Translations under genes and position numbers: made by a program | Source of the DNA: Octopus sinensis | Lineage: Eukaryota | NCBI RefSeq assembly: GCF_006345805.1 | Contig: NW_021833025.1 | Coordinates: forward strand, 139,218 to 203,217 | DNA: 64,000 nucleotides | Direction of reading: 5' to 3' | The notes under the pieces: generated by a model | What the model was told of the DNA's origin: nothing | What the model saw: the letters and a program-made list of their open reading frames with translations, nothing else | The model's database searches: none | In this document: positions 13,060 through 26,239 of the stretch, one piece after another | Numbering within the stretch: position 1 is the stretch's first letter | Layout of the letters: the number at the start of each line of letters is the position of its first letter

Positions 13060-13500
13060 GGTTCCTACAAATATTTGCCGACCACGTAGCTAACCAAAGG
13101 AAGAGGAGCATTAGAATCCTCATAAGCTTAACCAGGTTCAATCTGGATCCGGAAACGTACATCTACGTCTACAAAACGTGTGTACAGCCAGTCCTCACAT
13201 ATGGCTACAAGGGCTGGTACGGTACGGAGGAGAATGACTACCTTGTCGAACAGTTGGAAAAAACAAGACGTTTTGCATTGAAACTGGCTTATGGAGTACA
13301 ACTTGACGGAATGCTAGGAAGCTTGCGAGAATCCTCTGTGCCTACGATCCGGATAGTCTTGGAGAAAAGTTGTCGACACTGACTATAATTGGGGATACGC
13401 ATTAAAAGAGACACTTCGGTGCCTCGTTTAATCTCTCCGTGAACGATCTTTCCTTGTTTTCTTTCGGTTTCTGTTTTTGATCAATAAACAACATTTCATT
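13060..13500 (+). mobile_element. 3' fragment of the APE-type LINE family at 23690-25956
   Basis: Near-identical to about 25545-25940 (RFHLDPETYIYVYKTCVQPVLTYGY-type segment), with a tcaataaa tail. Confidence 0.85.
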
Positions 13501-14140
13501 CCATACTTGTAGATATATATTCTTTGAGGTAGGGAAATTTCTAAATATATCAAACTAAAAAAATACAATAAATCTCAGCCTCTAACTAAAAATAGGATAG
13601 ATAAAGTACTACTATAGAAACAACCACAAATAAATTTATTTACTCTTTAAACGGTGAAAAGTCTAATATTGGAAAAAAAGTTATCTATCTTTTTAAAATC
13701 TTTGATAAAATGACTTAAACGGCTCCCCATATTGACGTATCAACGTCATCAAGTTAGTTGAAATATGGAAGTAACTCTTCCCCATCTAGCTTTTCCTTAA
13801 TGAAAATTTTATTTTTTCAAAAATTCAAACACCTAATTTTAATTAAAATGTAGCAATTTGAAAGTCAAACATATGAAGATTTTTAGGAAAATATTTATTT
13901 ATAAAATTTAAAAAAATTATTTCAATCTTTAGATTTTAAATTTTTTCTGGATATTTCAACTGCGAACAAAGAGTTTAAAATTTGGATATTATTCAGTTAT
14001 TTTCCTTTTTAAGATTATTTGATTTTTTATTGATTGCTATTAAGATTTTGTTGAATATTTTCATAATTATTGTTCCATTACTGTGGTTACTCGAAAGAAT
14101 TTGATTTTATTAATGAAAAATTCCATTTATCACAAAATAC

Positions 14141-14844
14141 ATGAATACACTCCCAAATTGCTATGTGTCTGAAGCTGAACCCAAACCTCACAAACCTCGT
14201 TATTCAAAAATAATATCAAGAACCACCGAACTTAGGGAACGACAAACTAAGCTTTCATGTGAAATAAATGCTTATAAAAAACGCTGGCTTTATCAATATC
14301 CATATATTCCAAATGATTTTATTACAAGTAGTACTTTGAAAATATTTCTTGGTAGCGAGGAAAATTGAATACAACGATATAAAAATTCACTATAAAGAAA
14401 AATATAAGGACATGAAGGACCACAACTTTCGTCCGGTTAATATAAAAAATATTATTTTCAAGCTAAATGATTTTCTATATCCGAAATTTGAAACTTTGCC
14501 TCAGAAGGATCCTGCTAATATAATTTTTAAAAATAATAAATTGAAAGAATCAGTGGATTATGTTGAGAAGCCTACTTTTAAATATGTTTCATATGGATCA
14601 TATATGCAGTCGAATATTTACAACTCTAATCTGCCATTTGATACTCGCCCTCTTCGTCTACCAAAAGTTGACCTCAGTTTGCAGTTGAGGCGCGACAGAT
14701 ATCCTATAAAAAATTGTTCTTTCTCTGTAAACAAAATTTAAAAATATTAATGTCTAGAGATTTAAAAGAACTGACCGATCAGCATACTCAGCCTTGGTTG
14801 AACGGGCATTTAAAAAACTCGGAATCATACCTGCACAAGAATAA
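14141..14844 (+). CDS. Orphan protein with tiny introns
   Basis: ORFs 14141 and 14349 join in frame via a 28-nt intron (gtagtactttgaaaatatttcttggtag). A 31-nt intron adds a final exon RFKRTDRSAYSALVERAFKKLGIIPAQE*. Confidence 0.55.
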
Positions 14845-14999
14845 TTAATAACTTTAATAAATTTATATAAAACATATGCTTGGAGTTTACAAATTTTAAT
14901 TGAAAATATCAGAAATGGATCACTATATAACTAAATATTTGTTTATATAATCAAATTGTTATCAAACGTTGGTCGTATGAAAACAAACGTTCTGGGCCG

Positions 15000-15290
15000 G
15001 CTCCTCTGGAGGATCTGATTAATCTGAATTTCAGAATGCCGGTCTATGTTTGTGCAAAACCGTTTAGCCGCCCGGTGCGAAAAGATTAACGACAATAAGC
15101 GCATCGCAAAACCAGAGGTTTTTCATCAGAGAACAAGAAAGTTAATTATTCTAACTAGAGCTGTATCCTGAATTATTAAGTCTTTGTCTCATCAGTTTTC
15201 TTTAGTTGTTGGCAGCTGTAAGAACGCCAAGAACCTCGTGACGTCTTATCCGGTAGTCCATACATAATTGGAGTCCGTTTGTGAAGTCAT
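15000..15290 (-). mobile_element. Possible degraded RLE retrotransposon relic
   Basis: RIRRHEVL and KDLIIQDTALV resemble the RH and PD-like motifs of RLE elements; weak. Confidence 0.3.
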
Positions 15291-17330
15291 TTTAAATTTT
15301 ACTAGAAAAAAACATTTAAGTGAAATCGACCTTGTCTATGTGATAATTATTAAATTAAACAACATAAAAAAGACCGAACATAAATAAATACTTTTTGCTT
15401 CAAGAACCGCTAAAAATAGAAACTAAGTTTCAAGAATTATTCATTGAATCTGTTTAGACTTATATACTTGTTAAAATTAACTGTGTACTTAGATAGATTT
15501 CATAATGTCCCCATATACTTAAGTACTTTTATGTAATTAAGTAATATTTATCTGAAATTCGCGTTTTAATATGTTTTTATGGGACAAAAATCTCTCAAAA
15601 AATACTTCGTCCTACTCTGCAACAATCAGAGTATATGTAAAAATAATTCGACATGTTTAATAAATTTTACAAAAAAATTAAAATGGTATAAATACTGCAA
15701 GTATTTTGGTTATTAAAATAAAGATGTCGGGACTACGATTTTTTTTATATTTACAGAGGTGAAAAATGTCAATTCGCTATATTAAGAAAATATTTAGATT
15801 TGGAAAAGTTTCTTCCTTTGAATTGTTTAAAAAATATGTTATTATATTTATAAGTTACGTCGGATAAAATATTCACATCATTTTCCCAGTTAGATCTCTT
15901 GTTAGTGACTATTATCGGATTCCTGATAATTGTTATTTTTTTCTTATCGTGGCATCTGTATAAAAAGAAAAAAAATAATAAATGTAGAAATTTTTACTAA
16001 TTAATAGAAAATAACTACAAACTAAATCAGTTTATGACTGAAAATGACTGAAATCAGTTTATCTTGGAAATAATATATTCTGGATTTTTGAAACACCTAT
16101 TAATAGGTGAAATAATTAAAAATATTCTCGAAACCATTCTTGTATTCTACAAATATGCTTTCTAAAGTTTTTTTAAGTAACAGACTTTATATCTGGGTAA
16201 AAATTTTTAGTATGCCTTGTGGATTAAATCCAATTCACTTGGTAAAATGCAATATTTTTAAAGCTTCTTTCTATATTTTCTTTTAGATTATTTATTTACT
16301 TACAATTCAATAATCTATATTAGGTTCGTACTTGCACTGTCGGATTAGTTGCAACGAAAAAAAACAGAGAAAATATAAAGAATTATTGCTAGAAATTTCG
16401 CCATAAAAAGTTTTGCAAATACTGGACAACATTAGTATTTTTCTAATACGGTTAACCTCATTAGTTACGATAATCTCATTAGTTGGGAACTACGGTTAAC
16501 CACAAAAATCATCTAATTGTCAAAAAAGATCTCTGATTGTTTAAAGGGAGCTCCTCTGAACAATTTAATTTAACCCCATTTGACTATGAACAATATGAAA
16601 GAATTTTTCAACAGACATTTTCCGGGAATGCTTTCTTTTATTAATAAACTTACAGGTTTATGATTTTTTGATTAAGCGTAATAGCTCGTACCTTATTCCC
16701 GATGCCTCTCTCATATGTCTGTGGGGTCTTTGTCTAAAGAATCGGCTTCATGCTTATGAATGATTATGATTAGACAAGAAAGGATCGATTCGCCTCCTCT
16801 TCGAACATTAATAAATTAGAATTGTTAAATTACTTATCAAAAATTTTGGGTTGTGACTTTGATAAATTCGTTAAATATACAATCAATAAAGCACTTAATT
16901 AAACAAATAAAAAATATCTTTTGAAAGTGAGCTGAAAATTAATAAAAATAGAGAAGATCCCATCATAGTCTCAAAATTATTACGAAATAATTTGTAGATG
17001 TATTCGTAATAGTATTACTTTTTACACTTGAATATTATTCAATTTCTTATTTTTATAGGATAGCAGTCGATTATAGGACGGATAATTCTGAAGTATGCAA
17101 TTTTTATACAAATTAGACAATGCATGCCAAACTCATATAAAGTGTATTAAAATAATTGGTTCAATTTTATTGCTATTCATATTTTTAATAGGGAATGACA
17201 AAGAAATATAAAGGTTATCCATGATAGGCATGACGAATATAAATATTTTTGTATTAGAAATAGCTAAATAAAATAAACAATAAAATATATTAAAAAATAT
17301 TTTTATTTATTTTCAAGTCTCACTATATAT

Positions 17331-17941
17331 ATGAAGAGGTCGAAGAATAACACAGAAGGCAAGAGAAGTAATTTTGAAAAATCTTTATGATTATAGATGT
17401 TTCTAAATATGAAGAATGCTACCAAGAATTTTTTCAGTATTATATTAATAAATATCATCAATGGAAAAAAATAAATGAAAAAAATCACAAGAAAAAAAGA
17501 ATTGTATTTACTGAGACACAAATCAATGAACTTGAAAATAGATTTAACTTCAATCAATATATTAACTTGGCGGAAAGAGAGACTTTAGGAAGAAGATTAA
17601 ATTTAACTCAAGAACAAATTAGAACATGGTTTCAAAATCGTCGATACAAATTAAAAAAAGATACAAAAAACACAAATTTTTCATATTCACAACTTTCCAC
17701 AAATCAAATAATGTCCCAAGATTATTATTCTCCTAATGTGCATATAAATAATTTTTTTGAATATTATAAAGAAAATAATGAATGCTATTTTATACCCACA
17801 CCATTAAAAGCTACCGACTTTAATCAAAAAGATGAGGCCCCACATCAAAAAATCAACATTCATACAAATCCTGGAAATGATAAAAAGACTTGGACGTCAC
17901 AAGAATATGAGTATTATCCAGATTATCCAGAATTTCAATAA
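17331..17941 (+). CDS. NK-class (ANTP) homeodomain transcription factor
   Basis: Homeodomain KKKRIVFTETQINELENRF..Y...ER..L...LNLTQEQIRTWFQNRRYKLKK with the NK2/NK3-type YK. Start at ATG 17331 inferred via a 29-nt intron. Confidence 0.85.
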
Positions 17942-18109
17942 GTATAAAAACATAGTTATTTATATTATAAACCTTGACCTTAACGTATTTGAACATAATC
18001 TCTAATTCAATTTTTAATTAGGCCATGCTCAAATATAAACCTGATCAATTTTTACTAAAACAATTCCGTTTTATAAATAATATAAACAGATAATGAAAAA
18101 TTATTCACA

Positions 18110-18187
18110 ATATTTTGAACTTCGCGGAACTCCTAGAATTTTGCGGGGAACCTAAGCGTTCAGCGGAACCCAGGTTGGGAAACACTG
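18110..18187. mobile_element. hAT terminal remnant
   Basis: gcggaacccaggttgggaaacactg, the same terminus type as 48660-48709. Confidence 0.7.
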
Positions 18188-18237
18188 CTATAGAGACTTA
18201 TCGTGTGGCTATCTTTGCGGCAATGTTTTTCCTTCAC

Positions 18238-18510
18238 CTACTCTTTAGCCTCGGCTTCATAGGTTGTTTCTGCCGAGTACAAATAGAGAGAAATCTCCTC
18301 CATTGTCTCTAGAGCCTTACCCACGACTGTGTAAAATATGGCAAGATTAATAAAACTCAAAACGTCAGTTCTGCGTTGCCACCGAGGTATCTTTTTGGTC
18401 ACTCTCCGATCTGCAAGGGGGACAACACAATTCGAAGAGATATGGCTACTAAATATCTCTTTAACCTGCAATGTATTTTTAAAAAAACTATTTAAGTCTC
18501 GAAACAAAAG
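18238..18510 (-). mobile_element. Degraded R4/NeSL-like RLE element C-terminus
   Basis: CVVPLADRRVTK...FYTVVGKALETM aligns weakly to VMTWDGVVSK...IQSVVLKRTLES at 38339. Confidence 0.35.
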
Positions 18511-18921
18511 AGTTTATTTAGTTAAAAACATAGAAAAATTAGAAAGGAAATATCATCAAACCAAATTTGGCTGAAGTAACATAGTGGGTTTGAGTGCTTG
18601 GGAAAATATTTCTAATGAGTGTATTTAGAAATTCTTCCAGACAGGTTATCTTGATCCTAGATACTCATTTAAAGAGTCTTTTTGTATCATAAAAGGTTGA
18701 ATCCTCTGTTTTAACAAACTTTTGAAATGAAGAGAAATGCTGCCAATATTCTAACCAAATCTTTATTTGGAGATGTAACGGGAATAAAGATTTGTATTTT
18801 GCCGAATAAATAAATTCGTAAATAATCAGTTTTATATATTTAGCTTGTTATTATGTTCTGTTTATTATGTTCCCCACTTTTACTTTGTTATGTGCACTGC
18901 TTATATAGGGATTTTGAAATA

Positions 18922-19905
18922 CAGTGGAACTTGTCTAAACCGGACTCCGACGGGACCATGAAAATCGGCCGGTTTATACAGAGATCCGGTTTATCAAGGT
19001 TTTGAAATTTATGAACATAATCTTACCAAAAGGACTTAAAGTAAGATTCTATTTATTAAGAAAATCTGTCAAAAAAGATTTTTTAAGGTTTGATTTTTTT
19101 CACAATGGCCGTGTTGTTCAGAATCATTAATTCTTTTATTGACGGAAGGAGAGAAGGATCCTCCGTGCAAGCGAAGTGCTGTATATCTTCGAGCAATTAA
19201 CATCAGCTTTTTCACCACAAATGGAGTAGGCTTCAATGGAATAACGTGACTTCCAGTTATCTAGCCACCCATTGGATGTTTTGAAATCATCAAAGCCAAG
19301 GGATTTTGCGAATGATGTTGCTTTCGCCTGAATAATAGGCCCGGATATCATATAGTGAAGGGATCTAGCCCTCTGAAACCATTCCCAAGTGATCTTATTT
19401 AGATAATCAAACTTGCATTTATTTTCAAAACGCTTTTTCTTGCTGTTTCCATTGTCATCGTATATGTCCAGATATTTAGTAGAGTTTTTCAGAATATCCG
19501 ATACAGTGCTGGTTTCAATACCATATTTTTGGCTTAGATCTTTCTGTGTTAACTTGGGTGTGCATTGATAATCTTTTATGAGTTGAACTCTGTGGTTCAG
19601 GTCGAGTTCACAACGAGCACGTTTCATTGATATTAAGTCAAATATGAAACTTATTAACCTTTAAAATTATTATTTTTTAATTTTTAAAAATAACAGTTAT
19701 TTTTAATACCTCTTTGTCCGGTTTGCACAGTGTGAAAAAAGCCGTTGGGACTTGACATTAGGGCCGGTTTTCAGAATATAGAGGATCCGGAATAAAGAGG
19801 TGAAATTTATATTGAAAAATACTGTAAAAAATTAGGACCGGAGAAAACGGTCGGTATACGGAGAGATCCGGTATATTCAGGGGCCGGTTTAGACAAGTTC
19901 CACTG
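18922..19905 (-). mobile_element. pogo/Tigger element, internally deleted
   Basis: TIR cagtggaacttgtctaaaccgg at both ends with TA TSD. ORF 19136-19627 encodes CENP-B-type HTH domains (ISGPIIQAKA, FKTSNGWL) but no DDE domain. Confidence 0.9.
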
Positions 19906-20099
19906 TATAATTTACGTTTATAAAACCTACTCAATAAAATTTGGGCCTTCTTCCCTCTTCAAAAATATAAGCCCCGGCCTTCTAATATAAAGAACACGAT
20001 ATTTAATTTAAAAAATATTAGATATTAGTATATTGATTAAAAGAAAAAAATCTTTTTAAGGCTCTAACGAACTAGTCGACAGCGTATCATTTTTTTCAC

Positions 20100-22650
20100 T
20101 AGATGTAGAAATGGTTGATCTCAAGTTGTTTAAAGATTCTAATTTATTTCTGTCGGAATATGTATGATACCGGTATTACATTCACTTGAATCCGTTGATT
20201 TTATATTTGAATCATATTCGAGGTGTGATATAATACCAACCGTAGAATTATTTGTACTAGCCGCGAATTCATTTCCAACCTCTTGGAGATTAAAATTAGT
20301 TTGAGGCTTAAAACCAGTAAATCTGTTTTTATTTTTTAAATCTTCTTCTTGAAACAAGCTTTCAACATATTGATCTAATAAATAGTTGCACAAACAAACA
20401 GACAGTATTTGGTTGTTTGAAATATTTGAGGAGCTAAAATTTCATTTCTCAAATCGGAGATATTTCCGAAGGGAGCTTGCTTTTAACTAAGAAATGGTTT
20501 TTTACTGTGAGTTTTTTTTGAGATTTAGAATCCTTTAATTCTCCGTAAATAGGAAAATTCTTTAAAATTGGAGACTGAAAATCAATTTGAGGTGTTTTAA
20601 AAATATTTTCACTACTATCTGGCAGTAAATATATATTTTCACCATTGCTTATAGTCTTTTTGACCGATTTCGGAATGTTTTTATTAATTTTTTTGGTTCT
20701 ATCAATTATATTATTTTAGATATTTTTTTAATACATAAAATCTTCACTTGTAATTATTCTTATGTCCCAAATCTTTTTATCCACGGATGGCTGTATAGTT
20801 TTTGAACTTTTAGTGGAAGCATCCTCCATCTGTTAAAGCATACATAAAGTTAAACAAACCACTTTATCTGGAACCCCAGTACTCAATTTCTAATAAAATT
20901 AAAATTAACAAATTTTGACTTTAAATATAAGTACATCTCCTAAATCATCTGATTCAATTTTATTTGGCAACTCGAAATCCTCAAAAATTTCCTCAGTGTG
21001 ATCTATAGAATTGCAAATTTAAATTTAACTTGTTATAAGATCTTCAGATACCTGTTTTTCATCTTTTTCCTGATTCACCTTTTCCTCTAATTGAGCGATA
21101 ATATCGTTTTTTGAATTTATTATCTCAATTAGATTATCTTTTTCCAACATATTAAATTCGTACTCAAAAACTATACCAGTAGAATTTACCTGAACGTTTG
21201 TTGTATTTATTCTACGCAGTTCGCTGATTAATTCGGTCTCCTACAAAATGTAAATTATAAAAAAATTGTTGGTTATATTTTTGATTGATAATATTAAATT
21301 ATAGATTACTTTCTGTAAGCAATGTAAGCAATAAGAAGTTGCTGAACAATGTTTTTCAATCTAAATTTTATATGTTAATAATTTCTAACAATTTTTTCAA
21401 GGCGTAAATTATGTTTTCTGAGAAGATCAATCTCATCGTGATTTAAAATATTTTTTTCATTCGATTTTGAATAATCTCCTGAAGATGTTCTATTATTCTA
21501 ACCATTATGTTATTTGTGTTTATTTACCGTATTTTTTGTTTCGAAAAGGAATTTAATATTCTTGGTCAGTTCCAATATTTCGTTTGTTGCCCATAAACTC
21601 TTATGGGCCATTTCATTAACATTAATCAGATTATGAGTGTCAAGAGAATATTCAGACGAATAGAGACCTAAAATAATTAAATATTATGTATTAACAATTG
21701 TATCTATTAATGCACTTTAAAAAAGTATCAATTCGTTTTTTGAGCAAATTATTCTGCATTACTAGATTGGTTAACATTTTTATTTGGTGATTTTTAGGTG
21801 ACTCCCAAAAACAAGCTATTTCGTTTGGGCAGTTTATTTCGTTATCGGAAAAAAGATTTTGTATTATTTTCCCACCAAACATATCACTAATTTTTGTATA
21901 ATTCTGTTTTTTTAATTCAATTTTTGTATTTGTGTCGGATTCGGAAGACTAAAAATGATTTTTCATATACTATTTACATCAATCAAACGTTTTAACGTTT
22001 TATTATCAAAAACAAGATTTTTTTGTTTACGTCTCAGTTCGAATATTTCTGATGCTATTTCTTTAATCTATATTTATAAAATATAAATCATAAAAACAAC
22101 TTTTGTTTTTAATTGTGAATATATTTCAAGATTTTCGTCATTTTTTTGCTCAAAGTTAGTTTTAATAAACTCATAAATAATGGAAATTATTTTTTTCACC
22201 ATTTTTTCTGTTGTTGGATTTACCTAATTTTGTGAATATTCCAGACTTATTTGTATACTTTTAATTTAAGGGCATCTCGAATCTGATTTTCGAAAATTAG
22301 TTCAACTTCTGAATAGTTCCACTTGATTTGGGAATTTTCGAATAATTGTTTCTGTATATCTTCTACATGCTTTAACTTTTCATGATCAAACTTTAACCTA
22401 ATATTTTTTACATTGACTTTCAAAAACCCATTATTCTTATCTGCAGCTGATTTGTTTTCTATGTATTTGACATAAATGTTTCTTGATTTAAAATAGTTGT
22501 TCATTAAGGATTCAAAATCTGATAAAAGGTCATCAAATTCCCTTTTCAGAATTGAGGAATTGTGTTCATCTTTTAATTTAACCAAATCAAATTCCTAAAA
22601 TATTTTCATTTGCCAGGTTATCAAAAATTTAAAATATACCATAAAAATGT
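20100..22650 (-). CDS. Probable multi-exon orphan gene, charged/coiled-coil; boundaries uncertain
   Basis: A chain of same-strand ORF pieces (22247-22585, 21691-21882, 20139-20393) rich in K/E/N/L, separated by short GT-AG-like gaps. Confidence 0.4.
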
Positions 22651-23099
22651 CTTATATAACAACTAAGAAGGTACAATGCCTTTGATTTAATATATTGCAA
22701 TAATGAGAAAATAATTAATACTGCGGTAAAAACGACTATAACAAAAAATTAACCATTAATTTGCAGAAATGCGGCATTCTTATTATATATGGAATATAAT
22801 TATACGCAGCGCAAATGGCGAATACTTAAAAACACTCTCTAAGAGGTCTGTCAGTTTTCTTCGTGTCGCACGCTTCTCAATTTAAGGAGGGGGAATGGGA
22901 TTAAAAAAATATACACTGTCATTTAACTTAATTGAAAACATAAGAACAATAAAAATTAAAAAAGACGTCTATATCCAACAAAGTTCGAGATTTTTATGAA
23001 CAGCCGAGCTTTGGATAACCAACTATCTATATTAAATAAAAATAAACCATTCAATTCCATAACCAAGTACTGAGCCTTCGATGTTTACAAAGGGTGGCA

Positions 23100-23300
23100 C
23101 CTCACACGCCTTTCCTCTGGCTCTGTCGAGACCCCATACCCGAGAAGGTGCAGTCCAACGGCTCTCTCAGACTAAATGTCAGAGAGAGACTAGATAGGTA
23201 AGCATCAAAAGAGATACTATCCAGAGTCCTTATAAGAACAATTGACTGCACATAAGCCCTTGTGATATTTAAAGTCCAATACATCAAATGTAATAAAACA
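23100..23300 (-). mobile_element. R4/NeSL-like RLE element 3' remnant
   Basis: AYVQSIVLIRTLDSISFD matches TYIQSVVLKRTLESMM at 38339. Confidence 0.6.
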
Positions 23301-23689
23301 CGGAATTACATGGGCTTTAGACTGGTGCTTCATCATCCTTAATTATGGATCTACTTCATTATTTGACAAGGTTTGTAGTTCAATGATTATCTCAAAAAAC
23401 CTTTGAATTCATAGGAGGATATTACGGTTATTAAAAAGAGCTCAAACAATAAAATATTCTGGAAGTAATAAAAATCTCTATTTTGAAATGTTTCTTCTTA
23501 TATATCAATAGAAATAATGTATCCAGTATTTCTAAACACTAAAATCGCATTCAGTGCAGGATAAACTGGCAAGACAAATAATCACAAGCGTGATGATTAT
23601 TTTAATAAATTTAAAATAAATATTAAAAAAATTTAAAATTAACTAGATATTCAATCAAATTTTCATACCCTGTGATATTGAATTTCAAC

Positions 23690-25956
23690 CAAAAATGTGA
23701 GTTATGGATGTGAAACTACGAATATGGATGGAACTGTCCTTGAAGACTTGGCCAGTAGCTTGGGTTTTTTGGTCTTTACATCGAAAGAACTGAATCATTA
23801 TGCAGACAGAGGCAGGACTGATCGCTTGGGTCTCTTTCTATGCTCGGCATCAATTAGTCCTTTATGTTACATACCGAGGTTGGAAGCGGACATTGGCTCT
23901 GACCACGTGCCGCAAACGATGTTGATAAAGATGACTATGAATGTTACGGAGGACTTGTTCATTGGTTACAACCTCGTGAATATGAACTGGAGTTTATTCG
24001 AATCATATATGCGGGATTCTCTTCGAAATGTCGTGTTCCAGCCTCTGAGAGGCAGAGATGATATTGACAATCTCGATGATCACCTTAGATCGTCAATCAT
24101 AAAATTCCTGGATGTTTATGCATTAAAAAATGTATGGAAACCTAAAGGAACGCAAAAGCGGATGAATTCGAAACTTGTCACTTTGATCAGAACGAAAGGT
24201 ACTCTGGAAAATCGCAGGAGAAGATGTCGGGTTGAGTCAATTAAATGCCGCCTGAAATTGGAGATCGACAAGATAAAATCTACTATTGCAAAAATGGCCA
24301 AGACTGAGGTCGAAAATAAATGGAGGTCTGAATGCAGAAAACTGGATAAGCGAAACCCTAATTTCTGGAAAGCATATCAACGCCTTACCAGAAATGATGC
24401 CAAAGGATTTGAAATTTCACTAAAAGAACCAGACGGGAAATATATCTCCTCTGATCGTATCCCGGAAGTACTCAAGAACCAACTCAGTCAGGTTCAAGAG
24501 GTCGAATCTACCGTTCCACGAGGGACTTATGACCGAATTGTGAAGAAGCTTGGCTCTTCGCAATTATCGGAGGGACCATTATGTGGGGCGATAACACAGG
24601 AAGAGGTTGAAAAGGCAATTGCTGGGTTGAAGAACAAGGCGCCTGGCTTCGACTACATCCCTCAGATGTTGTTAAAGAAGGCCCCTGAAATCTTGATACG
24701 AGCACTGACTATTGTTTCACGCCAGCTGGACGTTCGGACACCTTCCATCGGCGTGGAAGCATAAGATTGTTCGAATGATTCCAAAATCTGGTAAATCGAC
24801 ACTGCTAGCAGAGAACTACCGGCCAATTAGCCTCATTTGTGCTTTCTCTAAGACAATGGAAAAGATTGTCTTTAACAGACTCTCTTGTCATATAGAATCA
24901 CAAAATTTGCTTTTACCCGAACAATGGGGATTTCGTGAAGGAAGATCCACAGGGGACTGCCTCAGGGAGTTAGAGCACCAATTATCCCGTGCTGACAGAA
25001 ATAAAGCATGGCTAACTGTGGTGTGTCTAGACCTGGCCAAAGCCTTCGATAGCGTGTGGCACCTGGGCCTACTCTCCAGAGTCCATGACACCGGAGCCGG
25101 GATAAAGACCTATCGATGGCTGGAGAGGTTCTTGTCCGCTGTGGAAACCGCCTATCGGGGTGTGTGGAACTTAGAAGGGGAGTCCCGCAGGGATCTATCT
25201 TGAGTCCACTTCTGTTCAACCTCTTCTTGGCGGACATTCCTCTGCCGTCGATACGTACTGGGAAGCTCGTCATCTATGCTGACGATATCCTGGTAATGGA
25301 TACCTCGAAAAGGATATCGCAGTTTTGGAGACGACTTAAATCATACATTGCAACGCTAAAGATGTGGACTATAGAGAAGGGTTTGACCTTAGCACCGGAG
25401 AAGAGCACCATTTCATGGTTGTGGAGAGGGAGTCGCTGTGCGGAGTCGTGTGCATATGCGATGAGTAGTTATGTGATGGATCTCTCGAAAAGCAAAAATC
25501 TTTATTACCTGGGAGCAACCATCAACTGTCGTGGCTCGTACGCAGATCATATAGCAAATCAGAGAAAGAAAAGTGTGAAGATCCTCAAAAGCTTAACCAG
25601 GTTCCATCTGGATCCGGAAACGTACATCTACGTCTACAAAACGTGTGTACAGCCAGTCCTCACATATGGCTACAAGGGCTGGTACGGTACGGAGGAGAGT
25701 GACTACCTTGTCGAACAGTTGGAAAAAACAAGAAGTTTTGCATTGAAACTGGCTTATGGAGTACAACTTGACGGAAGGCTAGAAAGCTTGCGAGAATCCT
25801 CTGTGCCTACGATCCGGATGGTCTTGGAGAATTGTTGTCAACTATGACTACAATTGGGGATACGCATGGAAAGAGACACGTGCCTTGTTTTTATCTCCCC
25901 GTTAATGATTTCTTCCTTGTTTTTCTTTTCGGTCAATAAATACTATTCTATTCTAT
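23690..25956 (+). mobile_element. APE-type LINE, 5'-truncated and frameshifted
   Basis: Endonuclease C-terminus IGSDHVP; RT motifs NYRPISL, LDLAKAFDSVWH, GVPQGSILSPLLFN and YADD. (TATTC)n tail and 15-bp TSD atattgaatttcaac at 23675-23689 and 25957-25971. Confidence 0.92.
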
Positions 25957-26239
25957 ATATTGAATTTCAACAACATATCGTCCCTTCAAGATTTCATTGA
26001 CAGCTTATTTTTTATACAACAACGCTGACCAAACAAGTTTAACAAATTACGTTGACTAGGCTCTGACCAATTTTAACATCATTGATTTCAATTCCCTCGA
26101 CCGTGCCATGTATTAATTTAACAATGAAATTCTCGAAGGAAGAAAACGTTTTGCTCAAGACGAATAATTAAAAGGCTAAATAATTAATTTGATCTACAAA
26201 AGATTTTGCTTATTAAAGAAATGAATAAACTGAAAGGAA

